The notes beneath the pieces were generated by a model that saw only the letters and a program-made list of their open reading frames with translations, searched no databases and had not been told where the DNA came from. Positions 24,601 to 36,359 of a DNA stretch of 64,000 nucleotides are shown one piece after another. Source of the stretch: Mobula hypostoma (taxonomy: Eukaryota). Numbering within the stretch: the stretch's first letter is position 1; each line of letters begins with the position of its first letter. The position numbers and the translations under genes are program-made. The stretch lies in contig NC_086097.1 in the NCBI RefSeq assembly GCF_963921235.1, positions 134,170,001 to 134,234,000 of the forward strand, read 5' to 3'.

Positions 24601-25320
24601 AGTCAATGACATCACCTTGAACCTAGAACATAGAAAAGTAGAGCACACAAACAGGCCCCTCAGCCCACAATGTTGTGCCAATCTAATTGAGCTAATAACA
24701 TCTAATTAAATAAATTCCTTCTGCCTGCATATATTCCACTTCTGACCATTCTCTGTGTATTCATTCCACATCCCTTCCCCTCACCATTGTATTCTAGGGC
24801 CTTCCCCCTTCCTTTCCGGTCCTAAAGAGGGGTCTTGGCCCAAAACGTTAACTGTTTATTCACTTCCATAGGTGCTACCTGACCTGCCAAGTTCCTCCAG
24901 CATTTTGTGTGTGTTGCATATTCATGTGCTTATCTAAGATCTTCTTAAACACCTCTATCTGCCAGTGGATGGGTAGCTTAACACATTGCACCTGTCTTGG
25001 TTCTGATCCTTCTTGAGCAGAGTAAAATCTATTGATCTCATGTTTATAAGTGAACTGGAAGCACAAGGTTCTAAGAGGAATTGATAAAGTAGATGGAGAC
25101 CTAAGACCCTACAGGTGTTGGAATTTGGAGAAAAGGTAGACCTCCTGCAGAGACTCAATAGGTCAGGCAGTACCTGTGGATGTAGGTGGATGGTTGAAGT
25201 CCCAATTCGAAATGTCGACCACCTCTTTGTCTCCACAGGTGCTGCCTGACCTACTGAGTTCCTCCATCAGTTTGTTTATTGAGAGCGTTGATGTTGAACG
25301 GCCACATACTTAGACTAGAT

Positions 25321-25399
25321 CAGGGGCTCCCAACCTCTTTTATGCCATGGACCAAAGCAATTACACAAGGGGTCTGTGGACCCCAGTTTGGGAACCCTA
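25321..25399. mobile_element. Small hAT/Charlie-type MITE (about 80 bp)
   Basis: Ends CAGGGGCTCCCAAC ... TTTGGGAACCCTA; imperfect 8-bp flanks gactagat / gactaagt; related copy at 56649-56728. Confidence 0.75.
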
Positions 25400-25629
25400 G
25401 ACTAAGTACAGGAATAGTGGTGACTGCATGATAGGTAAGGAAATTGGGATTGATGTACAGAGTAATCTCTTGGCTCAGTAGGAGCCTAATTTTGGAGATT
25501 ATCCAGGCAGGATGGGTTTTGATGTTCACTCCTTAGAAATAACAATAGACAAATTCAATACTATTTTTGATGGTATCTTCAATGCTAAGTGGTGATATGG
25601 TGGACCTGATCCTCAGGATCTACCGTGAT

Positions 25630-25790
25630 CAGTGTGGTGGCATAGTCCTCAAAGCAGTTACCTTACAGCTCCAGGAATTTGGGTTCGATTCTAGTTTTAG
25701 GCACTTTCTATGTGGTGTTTGCACATTCTCCCTGTGACCATGCGGATTACCTCCAGGTTTTCTGGTTTCCTCTCACATTCCAAGAAATAC
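25630..25790 (+). mobile_element. V-SINE fragment
   Basis: B box GGGTTCGATTC at 25681 and V domain gtttgcacattctccctgtgaccatgcggattacctccagg. Confidence 0.75.
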
Positions 25791-27114
25791 AAAAGGGGTT
25801 TTGAGAGAGAGAATCTACTGGAGGATTAAAGGAAATAGGGGCAAGCAGACCAATAGGATTGCTCTTCTAGACCAGGTATTGACCCAAGGATCTCTCTCTC
25901 TGTCCCCGCTATTGAGCAAATTTACAAAGGGAGCTGGCACAGGAAAGCAGCATCCATTATCAAGGACCCCCTTCATCCAGGCCATGCTCTCTCCTCACTA
26001 CTGCCTTCAGGCATGGGGCACAGGAGTCTTAGATCCTACAACCTCAGGTTTGAGATCAATCATTTCCCTACAACCATCAGGCTCCTGGACCATCGTGAAT
26101 AACTTCTATCACCTCAAAGCTGAACTGACTCCACCACCTATATCTCACTTTCAGAGACTCTGCAAATCATGTTCTCAGTATTATTTGTTCAATTACTTAT
26201 TTTTAATTCATTATTTGCATGGTTTGTCCTCTTTTGCACATAGGACATTCGCCAGTCTTTGTTATGTATAGTTTTCCATAAACTCAACCATGTTGCTTTA
26301 TTTTCCTGTACATGCCTGCAAGAAAATGAATCTCAAGATAATAGCTGGTGATATATTAAGTACTTTGATAATAAATTTACTTTGAACTTTGAATAATGTT
26401 AGTAAGTGGCAGAGCAGGCTTGAAGAGCAGCAAACAAAATACCAGAAGAACTCAGTGGCTCAGGATGCATCTTTGGAGGGACATAGACAAAGAAATGTTT
26501 CAGGCAAGACCCTTCATCTGGACTAAAAGATCAAAGGGAAATAGCCAGAGTAAAGAGATTGAGGGAAGGGGTAGAGCAAGAGCTGGCAGGTAATAGATAG
26601 ATCATGGTGTGGGGAGGGGTGGTGGTGGTGATAGACAGATGCAGGAGAGGAGAGTGACTTGTAGGACTTGCAGTACCTCATCTTTTATTTCTTATGAATT
26701 AGTACAGCCCTGTCCATCACGGGTAAAGCCCTTCCCACCATTGAGCATATCTCCATGGATATAACTCAACTTCACTCACCCCATCACTAAACTGTGCTCA
26801 TAATCTATGGACTCACTTGCAAGGACTTTTCACCTTGTGTTCTCAATATTTACTGCTTACTTATTTCTTTTTTTCCCTCTTACTTTGTTGCCTTTTCCAC
26901 ATTTGTTGTTTGTTTATCTTGTGTGGTGTCTTCTTTCATTGATTCCATTGTGTTTATTTGTGTTTTCTGTGAATGCCTGCAAGAAAATGAATCTCAGGGT
27001 TGTATAATGTTACATATACATACTTTAATAATAACTTTACTTTGAAGTCTCAACTTGTGAAAAGTGTATTCCATCACTCCACACCCTCTACATGAAGTAT
27101 ACCCTCTTTTCACA

Positions 27115-27720
27115 TTTCATAGCATCATACAGTAATGTAACAGGGGGAAACAGGCCATCCAGCCCAGCTCATCCATGCTGACTATGCTAGCCCCATTTGC
27201 CCATGTTTGGCCATATCCCTCTAAAACCCTCCTATCTCTATACATATCCAAATATCTTTTAAATGTTGTTACTGTACCAACTTCAACCACTTCCTCTGGC
27301 AGCTCGTTCCATGCATGCACCACTTTCTACATAAAGAAGCTGCCCCTCATGTCCTTTCAAAATCTTTCACCTCTCATCTTAAACCTATGCCCCCTAAGTT
27401 GTAATTCCCCTACCTTGGGAAAAAGACTCCGTGCATTCACATTTACTACGCTTCTTTTGATGTTATACACTCCATAACTCAATCCCATAGCACTTAATCC
27501 CCTACTTTCCAAGGAATAAACTTCGAGAACTGCCCAACTTCTCCTTATAACTCAGTTGCTCATATCCCGGCAGTATCATCGCAAATCTGATCAGCACTCT
27601 TTCCAGTTTAATGATGCCTTTCCTATGGATCTTATAAATCTGTAAATTATCCAGGGTGTCCAAAACTGCACACAATATTCCTTGTGTAATCTCACCCAGC
27701 ATTGTGTTCAACTGTAATAT
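27115..27720 (-). mobile_element. CR1 3' fragment
   Basis: ORFs 27117-27323 (WNELPEEVVE...FKRYLD) and 27502-27819 (LERVLIRF). Confidence 0.85.
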
Positions 27721-27809
27721 ACTGTACATAGTCCACCAATCCTCTGCAGCTGGGGCTTTCTGAAGAGCGTGTCTCATTCCAGTAGCTGACACAATCTTAA
27801 CTAAATCCG

Positions 27810-28480
27810 CTTGGGTCATTTATTGCGTCTGGTGCTCCCAACGCGGCCCCCCTCTGCATTGGTGAGACCCATCGTAAATTGGAGGATGGCTTCATTGGGC
27901 ACCTCCGCATCACTGGCCACAAGCGGGACTTTCCAGTGGCCAAACATTTTAATTCTGATTCTCATTCCAAACCCAACATGTTGATCCATGGCCCCTTCTT
28001 GTGCCAAGATGAGGACAGCCTCTGGGTGGAGGAGCAGTACCTTGTATTCCATCTGGTTGCCCTCCTACTTGATGGCATGAATATTGATTTCTCCTTCCAG
28101 TAAACAAATTCCCCCTCCCCCTTCATTTGTATCTCACTCTAACCTTCTCACCAGCCTATTATTTCCCTCTGGAGCCCCTCCTCCTTCCCATTCTCCCATA
28201 GTCCACTGTCCTCTCCTATCAGATTCCTTCTTCTCCAGCCCTTGAACTCTCCCACCCACCTGGCTTCACCTATCACCTTCCAGCTAGCCTCCTTCCCCTC
28301 CCCCCACCTTTTTTTTCTGGCATCATCTCCCTTCCTTCTCAGTCCTGAAGAAGGCTCTCGGCCTGAAGTGTCATCTGTTATTCATCTCCATAGATGCTGC
28401 CTGATCTGCTGAGTTCCTCCAACATCTTGATCAGTGTTGCTTTGGATCTCCAACATTTGCAGACTTTCTCATGTTCTTAA
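27810..28480 (+). mobile_element. Penelope-like element 3' fragment (decayed GIY-YIG + pseudo-LTR with mutated hammerhead)
   Basis: PVAKHFNSDSHS...EEQYLVFHL is homologous to 15858-16184; agtcctgaagaaggctctcggcctgaag at 28341. Confidence 0.88.
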
Positions 28481-30479
28481 CTAATTATATTTTAATTTTG
28501 CACTATCCCCTAAACTATATTTTTGCCTAATTTTAATTTGCAAGCTTTGAACAAATGCAACAGTGGTGACTGATGTTCCCCTAGGATGTGTATGAATTTA
28601 GGAAATTCTGCTTTATCCAAAATCCTAAGAGAAGAGACGTAATCACTAATATATTCAAAGTTCTGCTCAGGATGCAGAATAGTTGTAAATATATATTTTT
28701 TCTCTTCTGCTCATCTCATCCGATGAAATTAATTTCCCATCAACTCATATTTATTTGAGGAGAGCAATGTGCGAAGGATAATATTGAACTGGCTTGATAC
28801 TGGGTCATTTTCAATTCTAAGCTATTTGTGTCCATTACTAAATTTTCCCTTGCCTTCCAGTGGCTTTGCCATCTCTCATATGATGGTGTATAAGTCGAGA
28901 GGACAATTAGTCAGCTTTTATTTGGATCCAAGAGAGGACAGCCTTTGGTGCAGGGAGCAGTGTTTCGAGTGGCTGGAAGGCTGAAATTCTTTCACTACAT
29001 TACAGTACAAAGCTGGTTTCACCTCCCATCCTTGGTTTAGTAACAGACAAGCTGACAAGGTGTTCTTCTAATCGTGTGATGCAACAAGTAACATGAAGTA
29101 TCTTTGGCACCACCGTGTTCAGGAACAAAAGAGACTTTCCCATCACTGCAGTCTGAAAACTTAGAGAGAGAGAGACATGGTTAAGATGAATAATAAAATT
29201 TGCACTATCCCCTAAAGTAGCAAGAGTCCATCCACTGGTGTCTGGGATATTTCACGACATTATTGGAAATGCACAGTATATTTCCTCCTCTGGATGTAAA
29301 AATGTCTGACTCATGGGCAGCCTGTACATGCGAATGAACTTTCAGGAGATTGTTTGGATGGATGGGGATGGAATTGCCAGCTGCTGCAGGACTGTGGGCG
29401 GCATCTTCTGACTAGGAACAGGGCAACTCCAGAGCAGCACACACAAAATGCTGGAGGAACTCAGCAAGTCAGGCAGCATCTATGGAAATGAATAAACAGT
29501 CAATGCACCTTCTCTTCCCTCCTGCCCAGGCTGCAAAGAGTTGGGGGCTGGTTGGAGGTGAGAGTGCTGAACGGACTAACTTGCTCTCTCCCCTGGTCAG
29601 AGAAGCCGGCTGGTGGCCATTCTTCATGTGCCTGCTTGCTCTCCCATCGTGGCTGTCTCTGTGATCCACTCCCACACACACTGTGTCTGTTCATTTCTGG
29701 CTTACAGACAGTTCTCAGGAAGAAAGCCTTGTAATCAGGGAACTGCCTGTAGATGATTTGAAGTCACTTATAGCAACAGACTGCATTCGGGCTACTGGTT
29801 TCCTTTTCTAAAAATATCCCCTATTCATAAAATATGCAACAATACTATCAGTCGTTTATCCTCATTTACTGTACTAAACATTTCACTTCCAATATGTCAT
29901 CCCAGTAATGCTCCAATCCAAATATACCATCAGTGAAATGTTTAAGAGACTGACACACCATGTCCAGGATCTGACACTTTGGTTGTTCCCCAAAGAGCAT
30001 TTGTGGTGGTTACACTGAGCTTCAGTGTATCCCTCTGCACCTACTCCCACATCTCAGAGTGTGCCAGCCGCTAGCATTTGCTTGCAGACATCTCCTTACA
30101 CTGGCAGACCAGCAGTTTTTGGGCAGTGTGTCTTTACCACTGAGCTGATGACCTTCCAGCAGCAGTCAATGCATCCCTGGGAACAACCCATTGATCAGAA
30201 AGTCCTCTGTTAAGCAACTGCTCAGGGTGGACTCCATTCCTTCAAGATTTCCTTGGATAACTCACAGACAACAAGGAGGTGGAAACCTATCTCATCTGCA
30301 TCACTGCTATTGAGAGGGTGGTGGTAGTAAAAATTTGGCTGTGAATGAAGAATCTAACAGTGTTCCTTCTCACTAGCCATGCACGATCTCAGTGTTTGTT
30401 TAAGAGTTCTGGTGTTGAGATATTCTGCTAAAAAATTTATGATGCCTATTGACTTTCACTAATTTATACAGATGTTCCT

Positions 30480-31787
30480 CTGAAAGTATCTTGGAGGCAA
30501 ATTATAAAATAAGCCAAAGTCAGCATGGTTTCTTTAAGGGGAAATCTTGACTGACAAATTGTTCAAATTCTTTGAGGAAATACCAAGCAGTATAGACAAA
30601 GGAGAATTGGTGGATGTTGTGTACTTGGACTTGCAGAAGGCCTTTGACAAGTTGCGCACATGAGGCTGCTTAACAAAATAAGAGCAAGAAAGATACTAGA
30701 ATGGTTAGAAGATTGGCTGATTGGCAGGAGACAAAGAGTGGGAGTAAAGGGAACCTTTCCTGATTGACTTCTGGTGACCAGTGGTGTTCTGCAGAGATCG
30801 GTGTTACATTATACATCAATGGTTTCGATGACAGAATGGATGGCTTTGTGGCCAAGCTTGCACAAGAGAGGAAGATAGGTGAGGGGGCAGGTAATGTTGA
30901 GGAAGAAGAGAGACTGCAGAAGGACTTAGACAGATTAGGAGAATGGGCAAAGTGGTGTCAGATGGAATGTAGTGTTGGGTAGTGTATGGACATGCACTTT
31001 GTTAGAAAGAACAGAAGCATAGATATTTTCTAAATAGGCACAATATTCAAAAATCTGAAGTGCAAAGAGACTTGGGAGTCCTCATGCAGGACTCCCTAAA
31101 GATTAACTTACAGGTTGAGTCAGTAATAAGGAAAGGAAATGCGATGTTAGCATTCATTTTGAAAGGATTAGAATATAAAAGTGAGCATGTAATGCTGATG
31201 CTTTATAAAGCACTAGTGAGGCCTCATTTGGAATATTCTGAGCAGCTTTGGGCCCCTTATCTAAGAAAGGACATGCTGACATTGGAGAGGGTTCAGAGGA
31301 GGTTAACGAAAATGATTTTGAGAATGAAAAGGTTATCTTATGAGGAGTGCCTGAAAGCTCTACGCCTGTATTCACTGGAATTTAGAAGAATGAGGGAGGA
31401 TCTCATTGAAAATTATCGAATGTTGAAAGGCCTAGATAGAGTGGATGTGGAGAGGACGTTTCCTGTAGTGGGGGAGTCTAAGACCAGAAAGCACAGCCTC
31501 AGAAAAGAGGAATGTCCATTTAGAAAGGAGATGAGAAGGAATTTCTTTAGCCAGAGAGTGGTGAATCTGTGGAATTGATTTCCACAGGCAGCTGTGGAGA
31601 CCAGGTCATTGAGTGTAGTATTTAAGGCAGAGGCTGATGGTTTTTGATCAGTCAAGGCATGAAGGGATATGGGAAGAAGATTGGAGAATGGGGTTGAAGG
31701 GGGAAAATGGACCTGCCATGAAAATGGCGGAGCAGATTTGATGGGTCAAATGGCCTAATTGTGCTCCTAACTCATATGATGTTATGG
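30480..31787 (+). mobile_element. CR1 LINE, 3' part of ORF2 and tail
   Basis: ORFs 30764-30982 and 31060-31578 (QRDLGV, LVRPHLEY, RNFFSQRVVNLWN). Confidence 0.93.
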
Positions 31788-32107
31788 TAGACATCCCACC
31801 CTGCAAAAACTCATTTCAGGGAGGTAGCCCCCCCGCCCCCCCCAAACCCCATATCCCCCCCCCCGCAACCCCATATCCCCCACCCCCACGTCAACCTCCA
31901 AAGGTGTATGTAATACTTTGTTTAGTGAGTTTGTCTAATCTGTAAACCAAGTTGAGTATATGTAGAAAATGTGACATTAAAATTGGACTTATATTATATT
32001 ATCATATTTATTCTATTACAACTTTAAGCAAGTCTACAGGGAGTTTGGCCTCATCACGTAGGACATCAATAGCGTAGCTCCTTGGCAGCTAGCCAGCTAG
32101 TTTAAAT

Positions 32108-33298
32108 TAGGGGTCCCCAACCTTTTTTGCATCGCGGACCGGTTTAATATTGACAATATTCTTGCGGACCGGCCGACCCAGTGGGGTCGGGGGGTGTTAA
32201 TCACAGCCAGAATATAGGTGATCAGTCAACTATAAGTCAATTGTAAGTGGCTAATACACTCGATTTAGTTTCTGAAGGGGTTTATCTAACAAATTTAATA
32301 TTAAACACACAGCACGTATTTTTCTTGCATGAATGTAGTGATAAGTCAATTACAACAGTGGTCCCAAACCTCCGGGCCACAAAGAATGCAGTAGTACAGC
32401 GGTAGCCAGAACACACCCACCACGTCTTTGAGAAAAAAGCCGAAATAAACAAGCTAATTGATTAGGTGCCACCTGGCATGTAAATGTTGACCCAGATCAG
32501 AGACAACGCAATCGGCAATTGCCTCTGATCTGGGCTGATATTTACGTGCTGGGCGGCACCTAATTAATTAGCTTGTTTATTTCAGCTTTTTTCTTAAAGA
32601 TGTGCTGGGTGCATTCCGGCCACTGCTGTATTCTTCGCGGCCCGGAAGTTGGGGACCACTGAATTCTAAGTCACTTATAAGTCAATAGCATCATAACATT
32701 CTAAGTAACGTTTGGATATTAAACACACAGCGCATATTTTCCCCGTATGAACATATAAAATCATTGCAACACACCAATATCGCTGAATCAGTGGGAGCCC
32801 TGGGCTTGTTTTCCTGCAACAACATGGTCCTATCGAGGGGTGATGGGAGACAGCGATACTCGAAGGGGGTTCCTTATGTCCAGTCTATTCCGCAATTTAG
32901 TTTTCATTGCATTCATTGCAGAAAACTCCGCTTTGCAGAAATATGTTGGAAATGGAAGCAACGTTTTCAGTGCTTTCGTGGCTATCTCAGGATATTCAGC
33001 CTTGACTTTGATCCAGAATGCCGGCAGAGATGTTATGTCAAACATACTTTTCAGCCCACCGTCATTTGCAAGCTCAAGGAGTTGATCTTTTTTTCGCGGT
33101 GACATGGATGATTCACCAGGGACATTCACAAATGGGTCACGGATCCATTCCTTTGCACGTCTTGGGTCACTGATGACCTCGCGTGCGTTAAAATTCAACA
33201 GTGCATGACAGGGAATGAGGAAAGGTGCAGCTGACTCATATCGTTTCATATCGCTAAATCATATTGTTTCCTTGTGGCCCGGTGGTTGGGGGCCACTC
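32108..33298 (-). mobile_element. Internally deleted hAT/Charlie transposon retaining the transposase C-terminal dimerization region
   Basis: TIR-like ends TAGGGGTCCCCAACC / GGTTGGGGGCCACTC; ORF 32830-33249 has WIRDPF, FWIKVKAEYPEIATKALKTLLPFPT, FSAM..MKTKLRNRL. Confidence 0.9.
32356..32661. mobile_element. Fold-back (palindromic) hAT MITE nested in the Charlie element
   Basis: TIRs CAGTGGTCCC ... GGGACCACTG; the two halves are reverse complements over most of their length; imperfect 8-bp TSD aattacaa / aattctaa. Confidence 0.9.
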
Positions 33299-33459
33299 TT
33301 AGCACGAAGAGAGACCAATCAGGATGCTCGCTCTCCCTCTCAAAAAAATCTATTTCCAGGATATTGTATATAACTTCCGGGCATCAGGGAGCCACTATCG
33401 ATATGTGGGAGACTCCTGGAACTTCCGGGAGAGGTGGGATGTCTGGTTATGGTCTAACT

Positions 33460-33940
33460 ATACAGAGACATTACAGCTTGTTATGGCCACTGCTCTGCCC
33501 AGGATCAAAAGAAATTGCAGGTAGATGTAAACAGCCCAGTCCATCACGAGAAACAGCCTCCCCTCCATGAAATCTGTCTACATTTCTTACTGCTGGACAA
33601 GCAACAAATATAATCAAAGAGCTCACGCACACCCTCTCATTGAACAGAAGATACAAAAGTTTGAAAATATGCACCACTATTCTCACGAAAAGCTTCTATC
33701 CTGCTGTTGTAAGACTTGAACTTATGTATGTTAAAATGAACTTTTGAACTCACAGTCTACTTCGTCATAGCCCTTGCACCTTATAATCTACTTGCTTTTC
33801 TCTAACTAACTGTAACACTATATTTTGCATTGTTTGTTGTTTTTCCCTGATGTTGTGAAATGATCTGTAGGGCTGACTTGCAAAACAAAGTTTTTCGCTG
33901 TATTTCAGTGCATGTGGCAGCAATAAACCAGTACCATTAA
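33460..33940 (+). mobile_element. Rex/Babar-type LINE 3' fragment
   Basis: Decayed AQDRKKLQ-like coding end plus the 3' UTR shared with 34490-34850, 56290-56520 and 58000-58270. Confidence 0.6.
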
Positions 33941-35079
33941 CAATAAATGAATCTGACAGTCTGCCCAGGGAACCATCCCACATGATCCACCATCTCCTCC
34001 AACAAACCGTACACGCAGATTGCTGCTGCCTGACTTAACATGTGGGCAAAGGTATTTTCCACAGGAACTTGTCTACACGATCTTGCTGTGATTCTAAAGT
34101 TGGCATTCCACAGCAACAAGGCCAAGTCCTTTCATCGCAGCAATTGGAACCTCATCATAAGGTGAACACAGTGTTTGCCTACACACAGTGTGATACAGAA
34201 CACAGTAAAAGGCCTTTCAGCCCACAATGTCTGCACTGACGTGATGCCAACTTAAACTAATCCAATCTGCCTGTCCCTAAATCCCACTGTTCTCTGCCTG
34301 TTCATTTCTCTGACCCAATGCCTCGTAAATGTTATTATCATAGCTGCTTCTACCATCTCACATTCTCAGCACCTACCACTCTCATCTTTGTCAATGGCCT
34401 CAAAATCTCAATCAAGTTTGTGAGGCAGGACATCCCCCACACAAAACCATCCCTGATCTCATAAATCCACACTTTTCTAAATGCAACTAAATCCCACGCC
34501 GGATATTTTCTGTCCTCCGCCCTCCCATTGCACAGAAGATACGAAAGTCTAAAAGCATATGTCATTAGGCTCAAGGACAGTATTGATTCCTCCTGTTCAA
34601 TAACAGTCCCCCAATACGATAAGATGCACTCTTGACTTTATAATGTACCTCACTATGGCCTTGCACCTCATTGTCTGGCTGCACTGCACTTTGTCTGTAG
34701 CTACAACACGTTTTTACCTTAATCTGTTATTATTTTCCCTTGCGCTGTCTCAATGCTCTATTGTGATGAAATGATCTGTATGGACGGCAGACAAAACAAA
34801 ATTTTTACTTTGCCTCAGTATATGTGTCAATAATAACTAATTTACCAATTTAATAAGATATAGGCAACAAATTTTCTTCCCTGAAGAACTTGAGGGAATC
34901 AGATTTGTTTTTATAACATTACCGATGTTACCTTTGCAATTCAAATTTGTTTAATTACTCTAATATAAGTTAGCAGTCAAATCTCCATACCATTAGCCCA
35001 GACCACTAGAAGCTAGTCCCGTTAGAAATATTATACGATATAATTCATAAACTCAGGACATGTCAAACCTAATCAAATG

Positions 35080-35350
35080 ACTTTGAAGCACAATTACTGT
35101 TGTAATGCGAGAAACATAGCACCTAACTTGTGCACAGAAAGTTCTCAAAAACAATACCATGATGATCAGGAAATCTAGGTTTTTAGATATGTGGAATGAG
35201 GAATAAATAACATTAAGGACAACTCTAAAAATAGTCCGACAGGATCTTGATATGCAACATGGACATTGCAGCCTCCCACTGCACTGGGTGTGTCAGTTTA
35301 GATACGTGTGCATGAGTCTCAGGAGCTGACGCAAAGGAACACGTCATAAT
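35080..35350 (-). mobile_element. DeuSINE-like fragment
   Basis: Reverse complement resembles the Deu domain and tail seen at 12900-13240 (ttgctgtgcacaa.ttgg...gttt...cattacaacagt). Confidence 0.5.
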
Positions 35351-36359
35351 ATTCCAACCAAGGATCAAGAATTCTACTCTGTGGTAGAGGGGAGGAAATT
35401 GTTCCTCAAAACCCAAATCTTGTTGGCACATGAACCACCATCCCACACACAAACTTATCAGCAGCAGGAAAAATGCAACCTGCTCAAACATTTTTGGAAT
35501 TGGTAACAGGTCCAGGTGCCTTGGCAGGACCCCAGCAATGTACCAGGAAAGTCCAATCTGTCTCCAACGTTGACCATCCATCCCATCCACTCATTTATTT
35601 CACTTTGTCTGTATCTATCTACAATTCACCTGCCACTGCCTTCCAACTTCACCCCCTTTTTCCTCCCCTGCCTGTCATCTTAAACCTCTCCTCAGTCCTC
35701 CAGTCCTCAAACTCCTGTCTCACCACTCATCCTCTTCTCCTTAAACTCATCACGCCCCTGTCTGCACCCTCAGACCTAATGCAGGGTTTTGACCCAAAAT
35801 ATTAATAATTCCTTTCCTATCACCCCTTCCCCACAGATACTGCTTAAGATCATAAGACATAGGAGCAGAATTAGGCCTTTCAGCCCATCAATTTTGCTCC
35901 ACTATTCTATCATAGTTGACTTATTATTCCTCTCAACCCCATTCTCCTGCCTTCTCCCATAACCTTTGTGGTCCTGACTCACTATCACTCTCTGCTTTTA
36001 ATATACTCAATGACTTGGCTTCCACAGCCATCTGTGGCAATCAGTTTCACAGATTCACCACCCTCTGGCTGAAGAAATTCCTTTTTATATCTGCTCTAAA
36101 TGGATGTCTCTCTATTCTGAGGCTGTGCTCTCAGGTCCTGGACTCATCTACTATAGGAAACATCCTCTCCACATCCACTCTATCTAGGTCATTCAATAGT
36201 TAATTGGTTTCAGTGAGATCCCCCTTTGTTCTTCTAAACTCCAGCGAGTATAGGCCCAGAGAGCCATCGGAGGATCCTCATACATTAACCCATTTATTCC
36301 TGGAATCATTGACCCTCCAGTGGACCCTCTCTAATGACAGTGCATCCTTTCTTCGATAA

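Larger units (their letters stand above)
31788..33445. mobile_element. Non-autonomous TIR element (copy A of the family at 51268-51787), hosting nested hAT elements
   Basis: TIRs (T)AGACATCCCACC ... GGTGGGATGTCTG; flanking direct repeat GTTATGG at 31781-31787 and 33446-33452. Confidence 0.85.

Noticed and set aside
29200..30470. Possible old RTE-type LINE fragment
   Set aside because: It looks like decayed coding sequence but I could not recover diagnostic motifs, so it is left unassigned.
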